The notes under the pieces: model-generated | What the model was told of the DNA's origin: nothing | Databases searched by the model: none | The model's input: only the letters and a program-made list of their open reading frames with translations | Translations under genes and position numbers: made by a program | In this document: positions 24,342 to 34,696 of the stretch, piece by piece | How the letters are laid out: each line of letters starts with the position of its first letter | Position numbering within the stretch: the first letter of the stretch is position 1 | Assembly: GCA_963667035.1 (NCBI GenBank) | Contig: OY762964.1 | Span: 3,038,114-3,102,113, forward strand | Source of the DNA: Candidatus Cloacimonadales bacterium | Lineage (GTDB): Bacteria > Cloacimonadota > Cloacimonadia > Cloacimonadales > JAFGVF01 | DNA: 64,000 bases | Reading direction: 5' to 3'

Positions 24342-25262
24342 ATGAAATTCAAGTTTATGATTTTGATTATGACTCTATTTATTGCCATAGGATGTTCGTC
24401 AAACAGGAATGAACGTAAACAAATAGAGAAAGATAAGACATTTATGTGGGAAGTTACAGGGAAAAACAATAGCTTATACATTCTTGGTTCAATTCATCTC
24501 ATGCCAGAAGAAGTATATCCTTTAAAGGAAGTCATCACAAACGCTTTTAGTCAATCTGATATTTTAGTTGTTGAAGCGGATCCAAGAAATGTAAATCAAG
24601 ATGATGTACAGAAGATAATTATAGAATCAAGTATGTATACCGATGGTAAGACATTAAAAAGCGAGATATCAGATGAATTGTATACATATATCTCTGGGGA
24701 ATTCAAAAAAGTGGGTCTTTCAATTGAACAGTTCAATATGTATAAACCATGGTACATTACTCTAACTCTAAGTGTATTAGAAATACAGAAAGCTGGAATG
24801 AGTCCTGAGCTTGGAATCGATATGTATTTCTTAAATCTAGCAAAAGAGAAGGACATTAAAATTGAAGAGCTTGAATCTGCATATGGGCAGATAGAATTGC
24901 TATCCACAATACCTGAAGAAGTTCAAAAAGAATATCTGGAATACTCAGTAGAAAATTATGAGAATACTGAAGATATTCTTAGAATTATGGTAGATTCATG
25001 GAAGACTGGAGACGTTGAAGCTATGTATGATGCTACAAAAGGTAAACTGAGAGAACAAGCAGAAAGAAGTGAGAATGTGAAAACTTTCTATAATTTACTA
25101 TTTGCAAACAGAGATAAAGAAATGGTCGAGAAGCTTGAAAATATGCTAAAGAGTAATGATGGGAAGAAAAGGTTTGTCGTTGTTGGTGCCGGACATTTAA
25201 TTGGAGAGGATGGAATAATAAATCGTTTAAGAACTAGAGGTTATAAAGTAACACAGAAGTAG
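24342..25262 (+). CDS. TraB/GumN family lipoprotein
   Basis: Lipobox IAIGC; YILGSIH, GIDMYF, LES, NRD, VVGAGHL motifs; ATG 24342 after AGGAGG. Confidence 0.88.
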   Translation: MKFKFMILIMTLFIAIGCSSNRNERKQIEKDKTFMWEVTGKNNSLYILGSIHLMPEEVYPLKEVITNAFSQSDILVVEADPRNVNQDDVQKIIIESSMYTDGKTLKSEISDELYTYISGEFKKVGLSIEQFNMYKPWYITLTLSVLEIQKAGMSPELGIDMYFLNLAKEKDIKIEELESAYGQIELLSTIPEEVQKEYLEYSVENYENTEDILRIMVDSWKTGDVEAMYDATKGKLREQAERSENVKTFYNLLFANRDKEMVEKLENMLKSNDGKKRFVVVGAGHLIGEDGIINRLRTRGYKVTQK

Positions 25263-25468
25263 AAAAGGAAATTGATTTAATCTGAAATTACGAGGTTAAA
25301 GACCTATAGTAAATATGGGACAATCAGACATAATACTCACTCCATTTATTTAAGTAACTTTTGTGTTCTGATAAAGATTCTTTTCCACTAAAAGTTTTCT
25401 ATCAAATCGACTTGACATCATATACATAAGATAAAAACGCTCATGCATGAATTGTAATGAGGAGTTAA

Positions 25469-26365
25469 ATGAAAAAGAGCTTTATTGTATATAGTCTTGT
25501 GCTGATTTCAATGCTTTGCTGGAGTATGACATTCATTATTTATAAGGTTGCTTACAAATATTATCAACCTTTTACTTTAGTATTCTTACGTTTACTGATT
25601 GCAACCTTGTTTTTAGAAATAGTAGCAATTTTTAGAAAGCGAGAAAAAATAGCAAAGCAAGACCGAAAAGCATTTTTCTTACTTGCATTATTTGAACCTT
25701 TTTTGTATTTTATGGGTGAAAGTCTTGGGCTACAGTATGTGTCTGCTACTGTAGGAGCAATAATGATTGCAATAATACCATTAATAACGCCTTTCTTTAG
25801 TTGGATAGTACTGAAAGAAAAAGTGACACTGTTAGGTTATATAGGTGCTTTAGTATCATTTATCGGTGTCTACATGACAATTTCAGGAGACAGTACTTCC
25901 GGAACATATATGAAGGGAATACTCTTTATGCTATTAGCTGTGGGATCCGGATTATGTTACGGATTATTGGTAAAACCTCTTACTCATAAATATAATGCGA
26001 CAACTATAGTAAGAATGCAAAGTACAATAGGTATGTTGTTGTTCTTACCTTTTTTTCTAATCAAAGAATGGAAGCATTTCATAACAGTTGCTCCCAATAC
26101 CGAGTTAGTAGTATCAGTTCTATCTATGGGTATAATTGCATCTGTTTTTGCGTACATGCTATATACAATAGCTATTAAACATATCGGATTAAATAATGCT
26201 TCATATTTTGCTAATCTTATACCTGCCTTTACAGCTGTTGCATCATTCTTTATATTGAAAGAACACTTTAGTTTTACTAAAATAACCGGAGTAATTCTTG
26301 TAGTTCTAGGTCTATTTGCAACGCAGATATTCGATTATAGAGACAAACGTAAGGTTAAAGCATAA
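25469..26365 (+). CDS. DMT/EamA family transporter
   Basis: About 10 TMs in two repeats, each ending in a LKE motif. Confidence 0.88.
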   Translation: MKKSFIVYSLVLISMLCWSMTFIIYKVAYKYYQPFTLVFLRLLIATLFLEIVAIFRKREKIAKQDRKAFFLLALFEPFLYFMGESLGLQYVSATVGAIMIAIIPLITPFFSWIVLKEKVTLLGYIGALVSFIGVYMTISGDSTSGTYMKGILFMLLAVGSGLCYGLLVKPLTHKYNATTIVRMQSTIGMLLFLPFFLIKEWKHFITVAPNTELVVSVLSMGIIASVFAYMLYTIAIKHIGLNNASYFANLIPAFTAVASFFILKEHFSFTKITGVILVVLGLFATQIFDYRDKRKVKA

Positions 26366-26424
26366 TAAAATACTTTACAATTAAAAATCAGATTCAATAG
26401 TATAAAAAACTCCGGAGGGGGTAC

Positions 26425-27381
26425 ATGTTTCTAAAGAATTTGATATATGCTATTCTAATAATTGTCCTTGTTACAATACTTTTAACCCAAGTTCATCAAT
26501 TGGGCTATATTGCCGGAGCTATGATTCAACAGAAAGATATAAGAATCCCTTCAACGCTTTCCACTCCGGATGAATTTGAGAATTGGGATACATTATCTGA
26601 TTTTGAAAAGATAGTAGTCTATTTCAGCGGATACATACTAATAATGATTGTTTGGTTTATAATGGTAGTATTACTCCCATATTCAGCCAATGCTTTAATA
26701 ATCTGGAGTAGAATATGGAGTTCAATAATAATTTTACTCTATCAGCTATGTGCAATAATAGGTATAGCATCTATATATTTCTCCGAAAATATACAAGAAA
26801 GGATAGGGTTTGCTAATCTTAATTATGACAAAGAGCCGATTTATGTAATTCTGATAGTGTTAACTTTGTTATTTATTACAATAATTGCCATAGTTAGAAA
26901 ACATATATTTTCAAATTTGCTAAATACATTTATAAACAATGAATTGATTTTGTATAAAGAATTTAACATTATTGGTAGTTTTCTTGTCAGTATTCTCGCT
27001 TTATCAATTGCTCTAACATCTTTTAGAATTACTCCTCCTGATATATTTAGCTTAGAGTTTGTCACAAATAGAAAGTTTGAGAAGATTTACAATATCGAGA
27101 ATGATAATCTTGAAGAGGATATTTATAGTTTTACTCTTGATAAAGATCAGCGTGTAGTAATCAATCTGTTATTAGAACATATAGATTCTCAATATCTTGC
27201 ATTAGAAATCCGTAGTGATTCATTTGAACACACAATCTTAAATGAGGATAATATTAAAATAGATGAAAGAACAATAGAAGCAGAATTAAAATTAGGGACA
27301 GGAACATATTACATAAACCTTACAAATTTCAATAATATAATTAATGAATCAAGGATAACGCTTTCTCTAAATATTTATTGA
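26425..27381 (+). CDS. Hypothetical membrane protein with soluble C-terminal beta domain
   Basis: SD GGAGGGGG; about 5 TMs; very AT-rich; C-terminal GTYYI strand. Confidence 0.6.
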   Translation: MFLKNLIYAILIIVLVTILLTQVHQLGYIAGAMIQQKDIRIPSTLSTPDEFENWDTLSDFEKIVVYFSGYILIMIVWFIMVVLLPYSANALIIWSRIWSSIIILLYQLCAIIGIASIYFSENIQERIGFANLNYDKEPIYVILIVLTLLFITIIAIVRKHIFSNLLNTFINNELILYKEFNIIGSFLVSILALSIALTSFRITPPDIFSLEFVTNRKFEKIYNIENDNLEEDIYSFTLDKDQRVVINLLLEHIDSQYLALEIRSDSFEHTILNEDNIKIDERTIEAELKLGTGTYYINLTNFNNIINESRITLSLNIY

Positions 27382-27442
27382 CCTGACCATTTATTGAGAA
27401 AAATTGGATATACTAGAACCGCCTATAATCGGAGTACAATTG

Positions 27443-28429
27443 ATGCAAAAGATATGTTTACTATTACTGGCAGGATTAGTTTGCCTGCAAGTATTGGCTC
27501 AAGAAATTATAAATGTTAGAACCGAAGTTGATGATGGAAGAGTTATTATTACTTATGACTTGATAGGAGAAGATAAAATAAATGTTTTAGTTAAAGCATC
27601 TAAGCATGGAGAGACTATTCTTCCGTCTGCAATAGCCGGGGATATCATTGAAGTATTGCCTGGACAGGAAAAGCAAATCTGGTGGGAGCCTTATCTTGAA
27701 CAGTACACTGCTAATGAATGGACAATCGAACTTTCTATCTGGAGTGGTGAGTATATATATGTGCAAGGTGGTTTGATCAATTTTGAGGATAATAGTCAGG
27801 TAGAGATTAAGGGTATATATGTTGGAAAATATGAAGTCAGTCAGAAGGAATGGCTGGAAGTAATGGCAAATAGACCTTCCAGGTTTTCAGGAGAAGATAA
27901 ACCAGTTGAGAGCATACGTTGGGATCAAGCGATTGAATTCTGTAATAAGAAGAGCATTAATGATGGATTTACTCCATGCTACACTATCACTGCTGATTCA
28001 GTTGAATGTAACTTTGAGGCTGATGGCTATAGATTACCCTATGAAGCAGAATGGGAATATTGTGCTTCAGGAGGTATTCTTTCAAAAGAGTATACATATA
28101 GCGGTAGTAAAGATGTTGATGAAGTTGCGTGGTACGATGAGACTTCAAACCATGAGACAGAGCTACGAGGTCAGCTTACACCTAATGAGCTAGGAATATA
28201 TGATATGAGTGGAAACGTAAAAGAATGGTGTTGGGATAATTACATGGGAGATAAATACAAACCTTATTACGGAGAAAGAGTTAGTGCTGTTAATGCTAAG
28301 AAGGTTATCAAAGGTGGCAGTTGGTTTGAGACCTATAAGAAGAGTAGAATTGATGCCAGAAGTGGAGAGCATGGTGATGTTAGAGATTTTAGAATTGGTT
28401 TCAGACTATTCAGGACAGCAGTAAAGTAG
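27443..28429 (+). CDS. FGE-sulfatase (SUMF1) domain secreted protein
   Basis: Signal peptide; KYEVSQ, PVE, YRLPYEAEWEY, PNELGIYDMSGNVKEWCWD, KGGSW, IGFRL. Confidence 0.88.
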   Translation: MQKICLLLLAGLVCLQVLAQEIINVRTEVDDGRVIITYDLIGEDKINVLVKASKHGETILPSAIAGDIIEVLPGQEKQIWWEPYLEQYTANEWTIELSIWSGEYIYVQGGLINFEDNSQVEIKGIYVGKYEVSQKEWLEVMANRPSRFSGEDKPVESIRWDQAIEFCNKKSINDGFTPCYTITADSVECNFEADGYRLPYEAEWEYCASGGILSKEYTYSGSKDVDEVAWYDETSNHETELRGQLTPNELGIYDMSGNVKEWCWDNYMGDKYKPYYGERVSAVNAKKVIKGGSWFETYKKSRIDARSGEHGDVRDFRIGFRLFRTAVK

Positions 28430-28435
28430 GTTTAT

Positions 28436-29932
28436 ATGAAGAAGATAACATTTATCCTTTGCCTTTGTTTTATTTCAAGTTTGTTTGCTTTTACTACTAT
28501 AGAAAAAATCGATATGCTGAATAAGCTTAAAGAGCATAAATTTTCGGCGGAGAATTTAGAGACCGAATGGAAAGAGAGATTAGCTAATCAGCGTAAAGAT
28601 ATTCAATATTCAGGACATGGTCGAACTCATTCGTTACTTGATATCAGATTCAGCGATATAGATGATTTTTCCAAAGCACTTGAGAAAGAGTATACAACTC
28701 AGATAAACTATTCAAGGGCATGCTTTGATTATAGAATGGCTAACATTGAGCTTGAACTGGAACAGGAGAAACTGAATAGTCGTGAAGAATTAAAACTTAA
28801 CTTCACGAAATTGCATTATTATGAAGAAGAAAGCATGCTAGCTATTAACATACAAGGTTTTGAGAATACTTTTGCTACCAAGGGTGACATATATATTAAT
28901 GCGTATATAAACGAATATCCTGATACATGTTTTGTTAAGGTGACTAAGGAATATCAAGGTTATGCTAATTGGGATTACTTTAATTGGAGATTAGTTTTAG
29001 GACAGATGGAGTATCCATTCTCATCGCAAAGAATCGTTAGAAAAGATGCTGAAACTGATGAGATACTTGAAAGCCCATTTGAGAAAGAGGTCTGGGAGTA
29101 TGAGAAAGTTGAGTATGACACAACAGGCTTCACAAAGGAGTTTAGTGTTGCTGATAGTCTTCTTGCTTTAGAGGGTCAAAAGAAACTTGCAATAGTAATT
29201 GGTTTATCTGAATACAACTATTTACAATCGTATAAGTATGCTGATAAAGATGCCGAAAAGGTTAGAGATAAACTTAAGAAGCTATTACTGATACCTGATA
29301 ATAATATATATTATGCTACCAATAAAGATTTTAAAGGATTTGTGGATTTGTTTAAACCTTATGGTTGGATAGCCGATAAAACAGAAAGGGATACTCTTGA
29401 TTTATATTTCTACTATGCGGGTAATGGAGTAAGTGCTAATGGTCAGGCGGCTTTATTAGAGCCTAACTACAATTTTCATTTACTTGATATGGGAATCACG
29501 ATTGTAGACTCGCTTATATCTGATTTATCTAATTATAATCTCGGTAGTATAACAATGTTTCTGGAAACCAATTTTGTTTCTTTGAATAACGAAAGCATTT
29601 TTATTACCAATAATCTTGATTCACTACCTCCGGCAGTAGAATTATCAACAATTCCTGATAATGTGAGCATTTTCTACGGAGCTAACACTAGAGGAAAATC
29701 ATATATCCTAGAAGATTATAAGCAAAATCTTTTTACCCGGGCATTTTTGGAGAGTTTGCAGGCTAGAACAGATAGGAACAGAGATAAATATGTATCTCTA
29801 AATGAGATGGAAGCAAAGATATCAGAGCTTTGCGGAAAGTATAGTAAAGAGCTGGGACTGACTCAGAATCCTCGACTACAAACCAAGAATGGGAATAGAG
29901 TTTTTTTCAGACTTGACAATCCGTATAAATAA
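28436..29932 (+). CDS. Secreted protein with C-terminal caspase-like (C14) domain, catalytic dyad lost
   Basis: LAIVIG, YADKDA, YFYYAGNG (His replaced by Asn), MFLETNF (Cys replaced by Asn), LFT, QNP. Confidence 0.7.
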   Translation: MKKITFILCLCFISSLFAFTTIEKIDMLNKLKEHKFSAENLETEWKERLANQRKDIQYSGHGRTHSLLDIRFSDIDDFSKALEKEYTTQINYSRACFDYRMANIELELEQEKLNSREELKLNFTKLHYYEEESMLAINIQGFENTFATKGDIYINAYINEYPDTCFVKVTKEYQGYANWDYFNWRLVLGQMEYPFSSQRIVRKDAETDEILESPFEKEVWEYEKVEYDTTGFTKEFSVADSLLALEGQKKLAIVIGLSEYNYLQSYKYADKDAEKVRDKLKKLLLIPDNNIYYATNKDFKGFVDLFKPYGWIADKTERDTLDLYFYYAGNGVSANGQAALLEPNYNFHLLDMGITIVDSLISDLSNYNLGSITMFLETNFVSLNNESIFITNNLDSLPPAVELSTIPDNVSIFYGANTRGKSYILEDYKQNLFTRAFLESLQARTDRNRDKYVSLNEMEAKISELCGKYSKELGLTQNPRLQTKNGNRVFFRLDNPYK

Positions 29933-29984
29933 AATCTGTAAACTCAACACAAATAGTTAAATAATTATAAATATAGAGGTAACA

Positions 29985-31871
29985 ATGAAGAAGCTAACCC
30001 GGGAAGAACTTACACAGATCGCTGAACAAGCTAGAATTGCCAGAGGTGAAATTATTAAGATGACCACATTGGCCAAATCCGGTCATCCCGGTGGTTCTAT
30101 GTCCACTATTGATGCAATGATGGTTTTATACAAGATGATTAACATCTCTCCTGAAAATTATTTAGCAGAAGATAGAGACAGAGTTATTGTCAGTAACGGA
30201 CACATCTCTCCGGCAGTGTATTCTACACTTGCACTTAACAAATTCTTTGATTTAAAGAAAGCTGTTTCTCAATTCAGATTATGTGGCTCAATATTCGAAG
30301 GTCATATAGAAAGAGACGTACCCGGAGTGGAATGGGGAACCGGAAATCTTGGACAAGGACTTTCAACTGCGGTTGGGTTTGCTTTGGCTAATAAAGTTAA
30401 AGGTATTGATAGTAATATTTATGTTTTCATGGGTGATGGAGAACAACAGAAAGGTCAAATAGGAGAAGCACGCAAGGCGGCTATAAAATTCGGTCTTTCA
30501 AATATTACAGTTGTTATTGATTATAATAAGCTACAGATTAGTGGTGATATTGATTCCGTTATGCCTAATCGAATTAGTGATAATTTCATTTCGGATGGAT
30601 GGGAAGTAATAGAAATAGACGGTCATAACTATGAAGATATCCAATATGCCTATGAACAAGCTAATAAGAGTGAGCTACCTGTTATGATATTAGCCGGAAC
30701 AATCATGGGTAAAGATGTTTATTTCATGGAAAATTTAGAGAAGTACCACGGTTCTCCACTAAGTGAAGAGCAATTAGCTTCTGCTTTAGAGGAACTGGGA
30801 CTGGAGAATAATCTTGATGAGTTAAAAGCAATGAGAGCAAGTTTCATCAAAGAGGAAGATATAGATGACAAGTTTAAATACTCTTTTGATTTAGATTCAG
30901 GAAAACCTATTGTTTATACTGATAAAACAGATAATCGTTCCGCTTGGGGTAAGGCACTTGCAGAGCTTGCAGAGAATAACAAGAATAAACCTCTTGCTGT
31001 ATTCGATTGTGATTTAGCCGGTAGTGTTAAAACCAACGGTTTTGCCAAAGTAGTCCCGGAGAAGTTCTTCCAGATGGGAATTATGGAACATAATACTGCA
31101 GTTATTGCTGGTGCCGTATCTTCTTGTGGAATTCAGACTTTCTGGTCTGATTTCGGTGTCTTTGGAGTGGATGAAGTAATTAATATGCATCGTCTCACAG
31201 ACATAAATCACGGGAATTTGAAGGTTGTAACTACTCATGTTGGTCTTGACGTGGGTGAAGACGGGAAAACTCATCAGTGTATTGATTATGTTGGTTTAAC
31301 AAGGAATTTGTTCCACTTTGGTATTATTATTCCGGCAGATCCGAATCAGACTGATAGAGCTACCAGATGGATGGCAAAGCAATCGGGTAATTACCTAATG
31401 GCAATGGGGCGCTCTAAACTTGATATTTTAAAAGATAATGACGGCAACATTATTTATGGTGAAAACTATGAATTTGAATATGGGAAAGCCGATAAACTAA
31501 GAGATGGTGATGTTGCTGCTATTCTAGTAATGGGTACGGTAACTGAGAAGGCTGTTAAAGTAGCCGATGAGCTTGCAGAGAAGGGAGTCAATATTCAGGT
31601 TTGGAATGTTTCAACACCAACAGACATTGATAAAGAAGCTCTTAAGATTGCAGCAAAAACCGGAACTATTTTTACTTATGAAGATCATAATGTAAATACA
31701 GGACTTGGATCTTTGGTTGCTTCCGAACTGTTCAAACTTGGTTTAAACTGTAAACTTAAGTGCTTCGGTGTAGAAGATTATGCAGTTTCAGGAGCAAGCC
31801 CGGATGTATTCAAACATTGTGGATTAGATTCCGAGTCAGTTAAGAAGAGGATTGAGGAATACCTTGCATAA
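29985..31871 (+). CDS. tkt: Transketolase (single chain)
   Basis: SGHPGGS, DR..SNGH, GNLGQG, TPP motif GDGE...DYN, GIMEH, GEDGKTHQ, EDHN. Confidence 0.9.
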   Translation: MKKLTREELTQIAEQARIARGEIIKMTTLAKSGHPGGSMSTIDAMMVLYKMINISPENYLAEDRDRVIVSNGHISPAVYSTLALNKFFDLKKAVSQFRLCGSIFEGHIERDVPGVEWGTGNLGQGLSTAVGFALANKVKGIDSNIYVFMGDGEQQKGQIGEARKAAIKFGLSNITVVIDYNKLQISGDIDSVMPNRISDNFISDGWEVIEIDGHNYEDIQYAYEQANKSELPVMILAGTIMGKDVYFMENLEKYHGSPLSEEQLASALEELGLENNLDELKAMRASFIKEEDIDDKFKYSFDLDSGKPIVYTDKTDNRSAWGKALAELAENNKNKPLAVFDCDLAGSVKTNGFAKVVPEKFFQMGIMEHNTAVIAGAVSSCGIQTFWSDFGVFGVDEVINMHRLTDINHGNLKVVTTHVGLDVGEDGKTHQCIDYVGLTRNLFHFGIIIPADPNQTDRATRWMAKQSGNYLMAMGRSKLDILKDNDGNIIYGENYEFEYGKADKLRDGDVAAILVMGTVTEKAVKVADELAEKGVNIQVWNVSTPTDIDKEALKIAAKTGTIFTYEDHNVNTGLGSLVASELFKLGLNCKLKCFGVEDYAVSGASPDVFKHCGLDSESVKKRIEEYLA

Positions 31872-33606
31872 GAATAACCTAAATCTCTTTTTATTGATGC
31901 TACTACTCTTACCGATATTCGGATGTAAAGAGGGAGGAAGTAGTTACAATGAAGGGATAGACGGACCTGAACCTCCTGTTGTTGAGGAAACAATAAATAT
32001 TGGTCGAAATGATACTTTTGAGGCAGTTACTTGGAATCTGCATAATTTTCCTAGCGATACAAGTCGTACTTTGGAGATTCTACCTGATCTTATTACAGAG
32101 ATAGGGGCGGATATATATGCAGTACAGGAGATTGCTCAAAACGATTATTTTGAAGAGCTTGTTTCTTTGATACCTTATTATGATGGTATTGTAATGAACT
32201 CCGATAGGTATCAAAACCTTGGATTTATTTATAATACTAGAGAAGTTAGTATTCAAGGTTATGAAGAGATTATGGAATGGGAAGACTACAGTTTTGCTCG
32301 TATTCCCTTAATGATACACCTTCAATGGAATGGAATTCCCGTTTCATTGATAACAGTTCATTTTAAAGCTAATGATTCCGGATCAAGTGATGAAAATAGA
32401 CGTCGAGTTTCATGTAATCTCTTAGACGGGTATATTACGGAATATTATGGTAATAGTAATGTGATAGTTCTGGGTGATATGAACGATGAGTTAACGGACA
32501 GTGCTTCTGATAACGTATTCACTACTTTAATCAATCAACCCGAAAAGTATCTTTTTGCTGATATGGATATTGCCGAATCTATGAATACAGGAAATGCTTC
32601 ATATCCAAGTTATCCTAGTCATATTGATCATATTCTAATCACTAATGAGCTTTACTCTGCCTTGGAACAAGACAATTCTTTAGTTAAGACTCTGTTACCG
32701 GAGAACTTTGTCGAAGGCGGTACCAGTAACTATAGAACCTATGTTTCTGACCATAGACCGGTAGCTATAAGACTTGATTTAGATATACCTGATGAGTTGA
32801 AAGTTATTTCCTGGAACATTGAGCATTTCCCTAAGAGTGGAGAGACTACAATTAATCATGTTAAGGAGCTTGTTAGCGAATATGATGCCGATTTCTTTGG
32901 AATTCAAGAGTTAGCGGATACTCAACAGTTCTTGGAAATGGTGGAAGAACTGACAGATTATTCGGGGTATGTTGCTAATTATTTTGTAGCAGAACCTGAT
33001 GAGACATATAATCCACCTGTCGGTTGTTTGGTTAAATCGACTCTAGATGTAACCGATACATATACAATCTTTAACGGTTATGATAATTATATTCCTCTTC
33101 CACGTGCTCCTTTAGTTGTGGAAACAAGGTTCGGTAACGAAGAAATAGTGTTTATCGTTATTCACTTGAAAGCAGCAGGGGATAATATAATAGATTATGA
33201 TGATGAATGGGACGAGGAGAATAGAAGATTGGTAGCGTGTACTCTGTTAGAAGAGTATATAAGAAACAATTTTGATGGGAAACAAGTAGTACTTATGGGT
33301 GATATGAATGACAGATTACAGGACCAAACTACTTCCAATGTCTTTGAAGTATTCTTTAATGCTCCTTCCGAATACTTGTTTACCGACTATGATTTGGCTC
33401 TAAATCCTACTACGGATAACTATTCTTATCCTATGTACTATCCTGCATTAATTGACCACATACTTATCACCAACGAACTTTTCGACAATTATGAGTCTGG
33501 AAATACTTTAGTCCTGAAGCCGGATATAGACCATTTTAACTGGTCATATTACGAAACTAATCTGTCTGACCATAGACCGGTGCAATCAATACTTACGTTT
33601 GAATAA
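31852..33606 (+). CDS. Lipoprotein with two tandem endonuclease/exonuclease/phosphatase (DNase I-like) domains
   Basis: Lipobox IFGC; each half has WN, QE, HxKA, GDMND, IDHILIT and SDHRPV. Start uncertain (TTG 31852 or ATG 31897). Confidence 0.85.
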   Translation: MRNTLHKNNLNLFLLMLLLLPIFGCKEGGSSYNEGIDGPEPPVVEETINIGRNDTFEAVTWNLHNFPSDTSRTLEILPDLITEIGADIYAVQEIAQNDYFEELVSLIPYYDGIVMNSDRYQNLGFIYNTREVSIQGYEEIMEWEDYSFARIPLMIHLQWNGIPVSLITVHFKANDSGSSDENRRRVSCNLLDGYITEYYGNSNVIVLGDMNDELTDSASDNVFTTLINQPEKYLFADMDIAESMNTGNASYPSYPSHIDHILITNELYSALEQDNSLVKTLLPENFVEGGTSNYRTYVSDHRPVAIRLDLDIPDELKVISWNIEHFPKSGETTINHVKELVSEYDADFFGIQELADTQQFLEMVEELTDYSGYVANYFVAEPDETYNPPVGCLVKSTLDVTDTYTIFNGYDNYIPLPRAPLVVETRFGNEEIVFIVIHLKAAGDNIIDYDDEWDEENRRLVACTLLEEYIRNNFDGKQVVLMGDMNDRLQDQTTSNVFEVFFNAPSEYLFTDYDLALNPTTDNYSYPMYYPALIDHILITNELFDNYESGNTLVLKPDIDHFNWSYYETNLSDHRPVQSILTFE

Positions 33607-33621
33607 ATTGAGGAGATATAT

Positions 33622-34071
33622 ATGAAGTCTTTACGTATTATGATTTTAATTGTTAGTGCTATGCTTTTGTTTGCTTGTAGCACTAATAAGAAAGTTGAAA
33701 CAAAGGAGGTCGAAGAACCTATGAAATCAAAATGGACAACAAATACAGGACTTGAGATTGAAGTTCTTCAAGAAGGTGACGGTGCTGTAGCAAAAGCAGG
33801 TGACTACGTTAACGTACATTATACAGGCTGGTTACTTGACGGTACTAAATTCGATAGTTCTGTTGACAGAGGGCAACCGTTCAGCTTTGTACTTGGACGT
33901 CGTAAAGTTATCAAAGGTTGGGATGAAGGTGTTGCAGGAATGAAAATCGGTGAAAAGAGAATGCTTACAATTCCACCTGAACTTGGTTATGGAGCTATGG
34001 GTGCAGGTGGAGGAGTTATTCCGCCCAATGCAACTCTTAAATTTGAAGTTGAATTGATATCTATTAAATAA
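33622..34071 (+). CDS. FKBP-type peptidyl-prolyl isomerase, lipoprotein
   Basis: Lipobox LFAC; VHYTG, FDSS, VIKGWDEG, IPPELGYG, IPPNATLKFEVEL. Confidence 0.95.
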   Translation: MKSLRIMILIVSAMLLFACSTNKKVETKEVEEPMKSKWTTNTGLEIEVLQEGDGAVAKAGDYVNVHYTGWLLDGTKFDSSVDRGQPFSFVLGRRKVIKGWDEGVAGMKIGEKRMLTIPPELGYGAMGAGGGVIPPNATLKFEVELISIK

Positions 34072-34092
34072 TAGACATTTTCATATATCTTT

Positions 34093-34123
34093 GAGGTTAC
34101 CTTATGGGTAGCCTCTTTTTTTT
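34093..34123 (+). terminator. Rho-independent terminator
   Basis: GAGGTTACC-TTATG-GGTAGCCTC + T8. Confidence 0.85.
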
Positions 34124-34318
34124 ATGATTAAAGCCGGAAATTCTTATCTGATTCTTTACCAGAATTTTCACTATATGACAACAATACTTTCCGCTTGCAA
34201 GTTTTTAGACTAGAGGTATAAATCAATTTCTGTTTTAATCTTAAGAATGATGTTCAGTAGTTTAATTTAAACTATGATAGTTTATTACTTCACTTTTTTA
34301 GTCTCTATCCCCTAATTT

Positions 34319-34413
34319 AATACACGGGACTCTCTCGGGAATCACTCGGGGCTTTACCCGAGAAATTCTCGAGTGATTCTCTTACAATTCTCGTAAGAAT
34401 CCCGAGCGTTAAA
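34319..34413. repeat. 11-bp periodic palindromic element, copy 2
   Basis: AATACA CGGGACTCTCT CGGGAATCACT CGGGGCTTTA CCCGAGAAATT CTCGAGTGATT CTCTTACAATT CTCGTAAGAAT CCCGAGCGTTAAA. Confidence 0.85.
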
Positions 34414-34464
34414 AGTGAGGTTTAACACCCTAATGAATGGTGGTAATATGAAAGCATAACGAAA

Positions 34465-34566
34465 GCTTACAATGGAGTAATTGTGCATTATCAATTCTCA
34501 ACCAATGGATTGCGTTGGTTGTCCGTTGGTAGGGCGTAGGTGAGCCGTTGGATATCTATTGTAGGC
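34465..34566. repeat. Second-type 11-bp periodic imperfect palindrome (CAATGG/CCGTTG core)
   Basis: CAAT at 34470, 34492, 34503; GTTG-like at 34514, 34525, 34536, 34547, 34558; ends GCTTACAATGGA/TCTATTGTAGGC are near-complementary. Confidence 0.6.
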
Positions 34567-34664
34567 TAAGCGATTAATGGTAGACAAAAGCAACAACTAT
34601 ATTAAGTAATCTAAAGGAAATAATGAGTAAAAAAAAGATTGACAAAGAGCAATCAGCCAACTTA

Positions 34665-34692
34665 ATGAACTCAGCCTGTATAAGGAGTTCAT
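34665..34692. promoter_or_regulatory. Inverted repeat over the TetR leader and SD (candidate operator)
   Basis: ATGAACTC-N12-GAGTTCAT just downstream of TTGACA (34639), overlapping AAGGAG. Confidence 0.5.
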
Positions 34693-34696
34693 ATTT

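Noticed and set aside
28300..28429. Diversity-generating retroelement target (FGE/CLec fold C-terminus)
   Set aside because: No template repeat copy and no reverse transcriptase seen in the window.
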